Notes under the pieces: generated by a model
The model's database searches: none
Told to the model about the DNA's origin: nothing
The model's input: only the letters and a program-made list of their open reading frames with translations
Source: Eledone cirrhosa
Lineage: Eukaryota
Reading direction: 5' to 3'
Length of the DNA: 64,000 nucleotides
Assembly (NCBI GenBank): GCA_964016885.1
Contig: OZ024753.1
Span: forward strand, 27,032,001-27,096,000
Made by a program: the position numbers and the translations under genes
In this document: piece after piece, positions 42,583 through 54,783 of the stretch
Numbering within the stretch: position 1 is the stretch's first letter
How the letters are laid out: each line of letters starts with the position of its first letter

Positions 42583-45500
42583 TGTTTCTTTTATTTGCTA
42601 CCAGGGCATCAAAAGTGGGACAAGTACAATGGGGGGAGTTTACAAAACAAGGCGTCCTCAATAGGGAGGAGGCAATAACAATATATAAAAATAAAATAAA
42701 ATATAACAAAAAATAAAATTATAACAAAATCATCAATAGAGAAAAAAATGTGCAACCCTTCTCAGGAGCACAGAGAGGGGGTGCTCCCTCGTTCCTTCCT
42801 CTTTTCCACTTACAGCCTTATGTAAAGAGAAGGCCCATTCACACGGGCCATTCTCGCCACTTTCACCCACCTTTCATAAAAACGACTGGGGTGGAGCACC
42901 TCTCTCCCCATCCTGATCCTTCTTCCGAAATGATATCGGAAGAAACGGACCAGTTGTTGGCCAGAGAGAAAGGTGCCTGACCTCAGTCCTTTCAGACGCG
43001 TCCACCATACAACTTCTTTCACCATGGCTATTACGCACAGAAACACCGCCTCTCCTTCATCTTTGAAGGGGGGAGGCGGCTTGATCATTACAATAGACTC
43101 GGTGGTCAACCGGATCGGTCCCACCCTTGACAGCAGTTGTTCGACATAGCCCCACAGATCAGCTACGCCCGAGCAGTGTACCAATGCGTGTGCAACGGTT
43201 TCCTCGTCGCACACGCATCTGGGACAGATCTTTTTGGCGGGATCCCTACCCGGGCGTCCGTGTCTGTAGAGCTTTTCTCGAACGGGTAGAGCTCCTCGGT
43301 AGCACTGCCATGCCAGGGACTTCTGGAAGTTGTCCATAGGTCCCGGGCTGAATGTCCTACCGAACAGGCTGGCCAGTTCGTCCTCCTCCATGTCTAGGGC
43401 TTCTCCGAAGGCGTCGTCGCACCTGCTGCGCTCTACAGAATGTTGCGGTGGAGTCTCCACTGATAACCGGATCCGCCTGCCAGAGGGCGGTGAGCGCCTG
43501 AGCACACTCAGTGTGCCAGGCGCCCAGTTTTCTCGGTCTTTGCTTCACCCAGGATTGCAGCTCGGTGAGTGAGACGAGTCTGGGAAAGGTTCGTCTCACA
43601 AACGAGGCCCACACCGGTTGACCGGTGAGGAATACGTGGAGGTGCCGTAGCCTTAATGCGTGTTTACGCATCATTAGCCACGGCATCCCCAGCCCTCCTT
43701 TCGAAAGGTGTTGACAGCAGATGGATCTCCTCACCAAGGGAGCCCGCCTCTTCCAAAGGAATTGGAAGAGTGCGCGCTCCATCTTGGCGAGGGTTTCCCT
43801 TGGGCAAGGCACTACGGTGAGGCGGTAGTAGATGACGGACGCTATATAGGTGTTCGCCACCTCCGCCCGACCTTTCAGGGATAGTTTGCAACTGGCCCAC
43901 TTCTGGGTCAGTGCAAACACCCTGTTCGTAACCTCCGCCCAGTTCTTCTACACCTGGAGGTCTGGTCCGAACCAGACCCCGAGCAACTTCACCGGGCCCT
44001 CCGTCCAGCGTCCGACGACGCCATCGGAGGGCATCGGTCTGCCCCTCCACGTGCCGAGTTGCAAACCGATCGACTTGAGGTCGTTTAAGAGTTTGCCCTG
44101 TTTCCAGGGCATCCCCAGGCCACGTACGTTCACACATCCAACTCTTTTATTGGCCATGTTGGTGCTGAAAAGTTAAAAGAGGAAAAGAGATCACTCACCC
44201 TTCGTCTCCTGAGGACCAGGCCGCACGATTTCCATGGGGGTGTTGGAGGGGTTGTCTGGATGGGTGGTGGTTTCCGGCGGAGTGGGGACGCAGATGTTTG
44301 GTGGGGTGGGATCTGGTGGGATGGGGTGTCTGGGGTGGGGAGACATTTGAGAAGGACGCGGTTGGGTGGTTTCACTCAGGAATTCCCCACATCCTTCTCA
44401 AATGTTTCTTTTAGGGACCTATAAGTTTGTATAGGGACCCTAATCAGTTTTAGGTTCAGTTTTTTGCTATTTTTAATAGAGTGGGCGAAAGTTTTCTCTT
44501 CGGTTTTGTACCGAAGGGTCGTTCGTGATGGTCTCCATTAGTGTTTTGTTTTCAGTGTTTATGTAAGTGTAAGTGTAATTTTCTTGTGTTGTGTTTGTTT
44601 TTGTCTGTAGTTCTTGTGTGTGCTTTCGTTTTGTTGTAGGTATTTTGTTTTCAGGAGGTGGGGGTTTTGTTTGTGATGTTTTTGTTGTTTGTCTTGGTGG
44701 TTGTATGTTTGTGGTAGTGTTTGCTGGTTTTTTGCTTTTGTGATGTCTTTTCTTTCTTTTCGAGCGATGGGGTTCTCCCTCGTCTTCACTGGGTGATGGC
44801 GAGATAGCCTCATCTGCTGTATCGTCTGTGTGATTGGGGAGGGGTATGTCTTGGGGAGCTGTTGTGTCTGTATGTGATTTTGCAGTGGTTTTAGGTGGAA
44901 TAGGGTTGGGTGGGACTGTGTTTGTTGTGGTTATTTTTGTGTGTTGGTGTTGTTGTTGTTGTGGTGGTGTTGGTGGTTGTGTTGTTTTGATGGGTGTCGG
45001 CAGAAGAGCCTTTTTTTGGTTCATTAATTTAAGACAGGAAGCCCTCAGGTGACCCCTGCTAAAGCAATGTTAACATGAAGGCCGCCTACCCTCAACCGAA
45101 AAGTTTATGTAGGTGAGTTCGTCCAGGAGTACACGCTGTGGGATCATAGCTATTCGCTCTGGGCTCATTTGCACCAGAACTTCAATGCTAGTCCCATTGA
45201 ATACATCTCTGGGGGACTTGCCTACTGACAGTATTCTGTCTTCATCAAAATTGATGAAGCCGCACAGTATCCACCATATGTTCACCTTTGGTGTGACACT
45301 CGTGATTCTGATCTTTTGTGTCCTTTTTCCCATGTATGTAGGGAAAAAGGTGTACAGGTTGGATACAATTGGCGACACAGTAATTTTGGGCCGTCAATTG
45401 ATCCTTCATGAGTACCGAAATACTCCCAAAAAGTTTGCTTCTTTAAATGAATGCAATATCATTCATTGAATTTTTGAAAACCAGTTCAATTTCTTTCTGT

Positions 45501-46321
45501 GACAATTGGACTGGTTTTCGGGTAGAATTGGAAACTGTCCTAAAAACTATCGTTTTGAGAGCAGTTTCCTTGCGAATTTCTACCGGAGAATTGATGCTGA
45601 AAGCACCATTTTTTTCGAAAGTGACATATCTCTTAGCGTCCTTTAAAAGTTGTTCAGCATTTGTTATGTCGAGATATATCAATTCTTCCTTCTTTTGAAC
45701 TTTCTCTGCAAAGGAGATTTTTGGTTTCTTTGTGGAATCCCTGTTGGTGGTGTTGTCATTATTGTTGTTATTGTTGTTGTTATTCTTGTTGTCACCGATG
45801 TTGGTCGTATTCGTCTTTTCCTTGGTGTTGTTGTCTTTGATGCTGGTGTTATTGGTGTTGTCTTTATTTTTTTCTTTGTTGTTGTTATCATTGTTGCTTT
45901 TATCATCATTATTGGTGTTGCTGTTATTTTTGTTGTCATTGAACTGTTTGGTGTCATTTGTGTTGTTTGGATATGAATTCGTTTTTACATTTTCATTTTG
46001 TCTTTCCATCTCTATAGAATCTAGTGAAGAAGACGTTGTTGACTGCGAGCTTTGTAGTCTTACCGCCTCTCCACCACCATTATCGTTGGACGCAGCGTTC
46101 ATAACGTAATCAAAATTTTACAATAATTTTTTCCAAGATTTGATGGAGAAAAAAATTTTCAAATGAATATTCCGCCCCTGTAGGGGCGAAAATGAGTTGA
46201 CCCACCACCTGAAGGTTCAGACGGGGGGTCAAATTACACAATGATATAAAATTTAACTAAAAACTCACGTTTTTTTCTTACATAAGTTAACGGAAACTTC
46301 TCCGCGAAGTTACACACGTCT
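42583..46321 (-). mobile_element. Tx1-like copy 3, divergent subfamily, internally deleted
   Basis: N-rich ORF1 (45443..46102, 45070..45378 VEGRRPSC); ORF2 N-terminal ~29 aa fused to the RT C-terminus (43948..44157). Confidence 0.88.

Positions 46322-46416
<95 letters not shown>
46322..46416. repeat. (GATA)n microsatellite
   Basis: Perfect tetranucleotide run abutting the 5' end of copy 3. Confidence 0.95.
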
Positions 46417-47351
46417 TGTCACATTGATTCAAACTCCTTGACTTTCTTGACTTACAGAAATATGAGGTGACATTGAAAGAAAGAAAGCTACCGAAGCAGA
46501 TGATAAAAAATAGGAAAATAAACAAAGGGGAAAAAAGTCTTATTTTGTTTATTATTTTCTGGATTATCTGAAGTGATGTGAGAAAGAAGACTAAATGAGC
46601 AGGAAGGTTCTAGAAATAGCAAGCTGGGCTGACCTCCCACCTCCAGTATATTTCCGCCCACTCAGAAGACTGAACATCCCTAACTGTTACTGATTCACCT
46701 GCACTCCACACCCACCTCCACTTACACCCCAGCTACACCACCATCTCCACATCCACCTCCATTTACACCTACACCCCACCTATCCCTCCATCAACTCCTC
46801 CTCTACCACACCTCCATCTCCACCATACCTCCATCTTCATCTAAACTACCTCCGTCTCCACCTCCATCTACACCTACACCAACTCCATCACATCCTCCTC
46901 CTCCACCACATCACCCCTACCTCTACCTCCACTACACCTCCATCTTCATCTAAATCACTTCCGTCTCCATCTATACCTCCCATTCCCCTTATTTCAACCC
47001 TCACCCTTCATCTACACTTCTGCCTCCATCCTGCTCACACACCCACCTCCATTACCAAACTCTTCCTCCACTACACTTCCATCTACATGTAAACAAGCTC
47101 TGTCTCCACTTCTATCTTTACTTCCCATTTATTTTTCCTGGTACCTCATCCTATTATCATAGTCATAGAGATGTTAACACACACACACACACACACAAAT
47201 GTGTGTGTTTCAGAAGATCCCGTATAGGGTGAAAGTAGAAATTCTTTGTTTAAACTTTAATCTGTACTAATAATAAATATTTGTTCTACCGGTTTATATA
47301 TAATTATATATAATAGGTTGACAGAACTAGCCTAGGTATCACTGCTAGCAC

Positions 47352-47449
47352 CGAAGCGAATAACTATGTGTATACTCTGGGAGTTTATTTAACATTACAT
47401 GGGTAATGTTAAATAAACTCCCAGAGTATACACATAGTTATTCGCTTCG
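47352..47449. repeat. Perfect 47-bp-arm hairpin with a 4-nt loop
   Basis: cgaagcgaataactatgtgtatactctgggagtttatttaacattac-atgg-reverse complement. Confidence 0.9.
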
Positions 47450-48579
47450 ATACAGCGCACGGAAACGGGTACCTTCAATTGTTCCCGCTTCGGATTTTGA
47501 CCAAACAAAGACCAAAATTCGAAGAGGGTTCGATAAGGATTGTATATATATATATGTATGTATGTGGTAAAACCCAGCTAGACCATTACTCACCAGAGTA
47601 CTCGATACTTAGGGTAGTAGAGTGGGTAATATGAAAAGATGCGGGACCCCGACGGCTGAGCTCCGACAGCTTGATCCGAATCTAGTTCGGATCTAGCTGC
47701 CGAAACGGCCGGGGCTCAGCCGTCGGGGTCCTGCATCTTTTCATATATATATACACACGGCGGGCTTCTACAGTTTCTCCCTGACAAATTTCACTGTCAA
47801 AAACAGTTATCAACTTGTGGTGACTGAGGAAGGAGGGGTGGTGAGAAACTATAGAAGTCCAACGTTCTAAGATTCGTCACAGATGTGTGTTTGTGTGTTT
47901 GTATCTCTTGTGTGAGTGAACACGAAGGAACCAACCAACAAACATCTTTTTTATATTATGTATAGATATTACAATTAGCCACAATTTTTTACGGCACGGG
48001 GCCAGCTAATATAATATAATAATTCAATGAGTAAGGATCGGTAAATCGGAGGGAGGATTTATTTTATTGCATAATTGCTAGGTGAGAACTGTTCTGGTAG
48101 GTTTAAGCCTCAGGTAGTTTGGCGATCTGTTGTTCTGAGCAACAAGTCAGACATTCGTTAAACACACATTACGCTGCTTCTTCTACCTGGAGTTGCGACC
48201 GATAGATTGTATTAGCAATTGGAAAGACCAATGGAAACATTGTTTCCTCGGTCCTGTATGACGAAAGTCGATCGTTCCTTTTTAAATCCAGTAAGATGTT
48301 GTGAAAGAAAATTAAAGAGCGGTGGCGTGTTGTTGAAGAATAAGGTTGGGGTGGAGAATAGAGAGGAGAAGACGGAATGAAAAGAGAGGATAGAAAAAAA
48401 AGAAACAAAGAGAAGGAAGAGGAGGGAGAGGAAGAAGACGATGATGAGGGGGATGGTGATGATGATGATGATGAAGAGGAGGAGGAGGGAGAGAAGAAAA
48501 AGAGAGAAGGAATAGAATGAATGAGAAAAAAAAAGAGAGTGAAGGAGAGACGAGATAAAAAGTATTTGAAAGGGGACTG

Positions 48580-48622
<43 letters not shown>

Positions 48623-49249
48623 TGTGTGAGGAAGAGAGGGAGAGAGAGAGTGTGAGGAAGAGAGGGAGAGAGAGAGAGAGTGGCGGACATGAAGATTATA
48701 TATATGATTCTGCTTATGTACGTTTACATATATATGTATATGTTGTGTGTGTGTTTGTGGGGGTCCATATATGTGCGTATGTGTTCATGTGTATGTGTAC
48801 GCGTGTGTGTGTGTACGTGTGCATTTTCTGTCTGTATGTATATAGTGAGAGGATAGAGAGGTGAAAGAGTGTGAGACAAACAAAAAGACAGAGAGAGGTT
48901 TCAGTGATAATAACTTGATAAGAACATAGACATCAAGGATGAGAAGCAAGACACCTGCAGTTACTTTACATACACACAGAAACATACACATACATCCATA
49001 TATATGCTATAAGCCTCTAATACACATATCCACACACGTACATACAAACACATTCATAATACATACAGTCATACAGATAAACTTGAATATGTACATTGTA
49101 GGTATAAGCATACGCATACACATATACACACACAATGGCACTAGAACTTACACACACACACAGGATATATATATATATATAGGGAAGGGTATATATATAT
49201 GTATTTGTGTGTGGTAGGTGGTTATGTCACATTATCTCGCGTGTATAAA

Positions 49250-50690
49250 TGAATGTTTGATGACTAAGTTGTAATGTGTTTGACATGTTTGATGACTATG
49301 TTGTGATGTGTTTGACTTGTTTGATGACTGTGTTGTGATGTGTTTGACCTGTTTGATGACTATATGTTGTGATGTGTTTGACATGTTTGATGACTATGTT
49401 GTGATGTGTTTGACTTGTTTGATGACTGTGTTGTGATGTGTTTGACCTGTTTGATGACTATATGTTGTGATGTGTTTGACATGTTTGATGACTATGTTGT
49501 GATGTGTTTGACTTGTTTGATGACTGTGTTGTGATGTGTTTGACCTGTTTGATGACTATATGTTGTGATGTGTTTGACATGTTTGATGACTATGTTGTGA
49601 TGTGTTTGACTTGTTTGATGACTGTGTTGTGATGTGTTTGACCTGTTTGATGACTATATGTTGTGATGTGTTTGACATGTTTGATGACTATGTTGTGATG
49701 TGTTTGACATGTTTGATGACTGTGTTGTGATGTGTTTCACCTGTTTGATGAATGTGTTGTGATGTGTTTCACCTGTTTGGTGATTGTGTTGTGATATGTT
49801 TGACCTGTTTGATGACTGTGTTGTGATATGTTTGACCTGTTTGATGATTATATTGTGATATGTTTGACATGTTTGATGACTGTGTTGTGATGTGTTTGAC
49901 ATGTTTGATGACTATGTTGTGATGTGTTTGACATGTTTGATGACTGTGTTGTGATATGTTTGACATGTTTGATGACTGTGTTGTGATGTGTTTGACATGT
50001 TTGATGACTGTGTTGTGATATGTTTGACCTGTTTGATGACTGTGTTGTGATGTGTTTGACCTGTTTGATGACTATATGTTGTGATGTGTTTGACATGTTT
50101 GATGACTATGTTGTGATGTGTTTGACCTGTTTGATGACTGTGTTGTGATGTGTTTGACCTGTTTGATGACTGTGTTGTGATATGTTTGACCTGTTTGATG
50201 ACTATGTTGTGATATGTTTGACCTGTTTGATGATTATGTCGTGATATGTTTGACCTGTTTGATGACTATGTTGTGATGTGTTTGACCTGTTTGATGACTG
50301 TGTTGTGATGTGTTTGACCTGTTTGATGACTGTGTTGTGATGTGTTTGACCTGTTTGATGACTATGTTGTGATATGTTTGACCTGTTTGATGATTATGTT
50401 GTGATATGTTTGACATGTTTGATGACTGTGTTGTGATGTGTTTGACCTGTTTGATGATTGTGTTGTGATATGTTTGACCTGTTTGATGACTATGTTGTGA
50501 TATGTTTGACCTGTTTGATGACTGTGTTGTGATGTGTTTGACAAGTTTGATGACTATGTTGTGATGTGTTTGACATGTTTGATGACTGTGTTGTGATGTG
50601 TTTGACATGTTTGATGACTGTGTTGTGATGTGTTTGACATGTTTGATGACTATGTTGTGATGTGTTTGACATGTTTGATGACTATGTTAT
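49250..50690. repeat. 32-bp minisatellite (~45 copies)
   Basis: Unit gtttgatgactRtgttgtgatRtgtttgacMt. Confidence 0.95.
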
Positions 50691-51416
50691 ATAATGGAGA
50701 GAATCTGTCAACAAAATAGAGAAAGGATGTATTTCAAACGAAAACAGAATTGTGTATGCGCGCGCGCGAGTGTTCATACACACACTACATTATTACTGCT
50801 ATTAACATTCTTCTAAGAAAGTAAACATTTTCAAAAGCATTCTATTCAAGGGAACACAAGAAATCTATCTACTGTTCTCTTCTTCTATATCATATATTGA
50901 GTAAAACATACTGACGCCTCCATGACACTTCGTTGACTGAACGTTGCAAATATTATTACTTTCGTGAAACTCGTTGTAAACGATAAAAACAAAGTATAAA
51001 AAAAAACAAAAAAACAGCAGCAACAAAACAAAACAAAAACAAACAGAAAAGTACGTAAGTAATGCCACAGAAAGAAATCACATGCCTAGTGTTAAGTTAA
51101 TATTCCTTTATCGAATTTGGTTCCTTCTAAACGATTTTCAAATCTTTTTAAGAGAACCCTTAACACAAATTTTCTTATTTGCTTCAAAGAAAACGATTGC
51201 TTCTCAATTTAAGAACAAACTATGTCGAGTTTATGTTGTAAAGATTTCGACCTGACCACTTCGATCACAGGTCGGTTTCGACTCCTTGTTGAGGCCCAAT
51301 CATTACTAAGCTTGAAATCGAATTATACAGAAGACAACCAGATTAACTTGCATATATTTTATCTTATCTTTAAATTGCTGGCCTTGTGCCCATAGTAGAA
51401 ATCATTATTTCCCTAT

Positions 51417-51590
51417 GAGGGCGGTGGATTGGTAATATCTTTGCGGAATAGAATTACGGCCCATTAAGTTCTGAGTTCAAATCCCGCAGAGGTTAGCTTT
51501 GCCTTTCATTCTTACAAGGTCGATAAAATAAAATACCAGTAATGCACAGGGGAAGATTTAATCGCCCCCCCCCCCCCAATTATTGTATTT
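51417..51590 (+). mobile_element. tRNA-derived SINE
   Basis: Same family as 10570-10757; another copy at 51845-52020 (-) lies tail-to-tail with a tail fragment at 51806-51840. Confidence 0.8.
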
Positions 51591-52289
51591 CCGATAGTAA
51601 TTAATAACTCTTATATTAACTAAGAAATAAATTATGCACTAAACATCAGAGAAATATACTGTTAATACATATCTGTATAGAAGCTGTACAAGATTTAATG
51701 AAAGCGACGTCCATATCTATATAAACATGGATATATGTAAACATATATAAACATGGATATATGTAAACATATATACGTCTTAATTACATATTTTTCGTAG
51801 AAGAATAATTGCTGGCCTTGTGCCTAAAGTAAAAACAATTAATATTGGTTTCTGATTTAGGCACAAGGCCAACAATTATTTTTTTTTTGGGGGGGGGGGG
51901 GGTCTATTAAATCGACCTCAGTATGTTACTGGTGCTTATTTTATCGACTCCGTAAGGATGAAAGGCAAAACTAACCTCGGCGGGATTTGAACTCATATCG
52001 TAAAGGGGCGTAGCTATTTCTCTATTCACCAAGGTAAGGTATACTACACTACCGTATTGCTAAAAGCAATATCCGATAAAGGACAGGGCACATCAGTCAG
52101 ACCCTTATCAGATAAACCGAGGATAAGGTAACGAAACCTAAAATTCTTGATAAGACGGACAAGAGAAACGTTGAAGACAAACTCCCAATACATAAATAGA
52201 AAGATTGTTAATGAAATAAGAGAAATTTATAACAAATTTGGGTTAAACAGCTCTTAATTTACACACACACACACATATATTTATACACA

Positions 52290-52364
52290 CAGGGTGTCCC
52301 CAAAAATGTATACACATATTTATTAGAATGCTGCTGAAGTGTGTATACATTTTTGGAGGATACC

Positions 52365-52367
<3 letters not shown>
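52290..52367. mobile_element. Tc1/mariner-like MITE, 78 bp
   Basis: TIRs CAGGGTGTCCCCAAAAATGTATACAC / GTGTATACATTTTTGGAGGATACCCTG, right flank TA. Confidence 0.7.
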
Positions 52368-52437
<70 letters not shown>

Positions 52438-52492
52438 AATAGTGAAAACAATGAAATTAAACAAAAAACCGGTTGATTCATAGTAAAACTCA

Positions 52493-52625
52493 TTATTTTA
52501 CGATCGTTTCTGGGGGGTAGTTCCCCGTATGTCCATTCTATTATTGATCTATGTAAAATATATTACAAAATATCATAGTAAGAAAATATACATACGTCTT
52601 CACTACCCGCTGTCTACAGAAATAA
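52493..52625 (-). ncRNA. Hammerhead motif with ~100-nt stem II
   Basis: uuauuu CUGUAGA [ggguagu..cguaugu..uguaa/uuaca..acauacg..acuaccc] GAAA cgaucg UA aaauaa; the fold-back arm at 52625-52664 retains CUGAAGA. Confidence 0.65.
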
Positions 52626-52662
52626 TTTCTGAAGACGGCGGGTAGTGAAGACGTATGTATAT

Positions 52663-53166
52663 TTATAAATTTCCGGTTGGTTGGTTGGTTCCACAACCGG
52701 ATGATTGTTTATATATTGTCAAAGTTCTTTCGCCACACATTCTGTGACCTCTTCGGTGACTGGGGATTCTTTTCTTTGTTTTTTTTTTGTGCCTCTCCTT
52801 TGTTCTGTCCTACGCCATCTTGTTTTTGTGTGTGTTCACAAAAACACACACAAAAACAAGATGGCGTAGGACAGAACAAAGGGGAGGCACAAAAAAACAA
52901 AGAAAAGAATCCCCAGTCACTGAAGAGGTCACAGAATGTGTGACGAAAGAACTTTGACAATATATAAACAATCATCTGGTTGTGGAACCAACCAACCAAC
53001 CGGAAATTTATAAATTCCTAAATTTATAAATTTATTATAATAAATTGAAGTGAAAGCAACTGGTGTGTGTGTTTCTTATTGGCAACATGACCCTCCCAAA
53101 GTATAACAATATCGGTTTCAACACACGTTTTCAGATAAAGAATCTTGCTAAACAAATTCAGAAACG

Positions 53167-53170
<4 letters not shown>
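52663..53170. mobile_element. Non-autonomous PLE derivative: inverted terminal-repeat (pLTR) pair only
   Basis: Arms 52663-52836 / 52843-53014 are near-identical to the ends of the PLE at 58082-61237; hammerhead at 52916-52958. Confidence 0.85.
52916..52958 (+). ncRNA. Minimal type I hammerhead
   Basis: guca CUGAAGA g gucac-agaaugu-gugac GAAA gaac UU ugac; also at 61058-61100 (+), 58289-58331 (-), 52719-52761 (-). Confidence 0.75.
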
Positions 53171-53205
<35 letters not shown>

Positions 53206-53685
53206 CATAGTTTTATATCTGTATTCCATGCTATATCGATTATCTTTATATTTTACTTCATAGAAAACTTCATAGCCTGACCAAGATACTCCCATAGAAT
53301 AAGACCAAATGAAGTTTATTTTTCAAAGCACACACGCACAAACACATGAGTTCCAGGTTCAATCCGGGGTAACCACAGTAAGGTACTCAATACATTAGTA
53401 GAGTGTAAACAACAAATTTAATATAGAAATTGCTTCTATAGCACTAGAGCTGTTTCATTCGAAGTTCTAGTCCTGTAGAGGTCATTTGGATATGTCAATA
53501 TTTATAAAACAACTTGAAATATATATAATTGTTTCTACGTTAGGCACAAGGCCAGCAATTATCCAGTGTATTACTGGTACTTTATTTTATCGACCCCGTA
53601 AGGATGAAAGGCAAAGTCAAACTTGAAATATATATAATAAAATAAATATGGTTTTATAAAGATAGTTTCCATTTATTAATTTCAT

Positions 53686-53731
<46 letters not shown>

Positions 53732-54175
53732 ATGTTTAATCCCGACGGCAGAGCTCAAGCCGTTTCAACGGCTATTTATATATTTACACACACACACACA
53801 CACACTCACAAGCAAAATACTACGAAGCCGTACTTGGTAGTTGTGACAATAACTGACCCAGGCAGTTTCCATAAAACTAAATGGTGATAGTAGTAAAGCC
53901 GAGCCTTAGAAAGAGAGAAAGAGAAGTGAGGCCTATCAAAGACATTTTGCTCTATTTTATGACTGAATTACAGCCATTTTAAAACTGAACTGAGATCATA
54001 AAAACATAAACTGACCCTAAAAGGGTCATAATATCCCAGTAATATGTGTGTGAAGTGTTGTTTAAGAGGGCTCGCGCTTCACATCAAATAACATTCAAAA
54101 CTTTACCGGTTTGGAAAGTTTTTTCTTTTATTCGGTTTATTATAATTTCTATGTTGTTAGGAGGAGTGGGTAGTG

Positions 54176-54242
<67 letters not shown>

Positions 54243-54632
54243 TCTATGCGTATGTGTATCTGTCTATGTGTGTGTCTGTGTGTTTACTCATCAATGACTA
54301 AGATTTTACTGTTTTTATTTGATTTTGTATGTATGTATATATATATATATATATATATACTCTATTATAAAAATTACTAGATGAGTACCCATTATATATA
54401 TGTATATATATATATATAAATGTATATATGTATAAATGTATATATATATACATATATACATGTATAAATGTATATATATATATATGTATATATATATAAA
54501 TACATGTATATATATATATGAAAATTAATAATTATAAAGCTACTTTCAAAATCAAAATTAAATGATAGCATTCTATATGTAGGTGCCCCCCCCTTCATCT
54601 CCTGGCACGCGATATTTTTAGACCCAGTCCGC

Positions 54633-54696
<64 letters not shown>

Positions 54697-54783
54697 ATTA
54701 AAATACTGGAGCGTGTTGGAGTTAAACACCCTCTTCGTATTATAGAAATGACAGTAAAAGGTATAGCTCAATGTAATTAAACA

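Noticed and set aside
48060-48350. Unique-looking segment next to a GA-rich tract, possibly a 5' UTR or exon
   Set aside because: No convincing ORF or splice-site pair
49250-50690. CRISPR-like array or repeat-protein ORFs
   Set aside because: Contiguous 32-bp units without unique spacers, eukaryotic context, no cas genes
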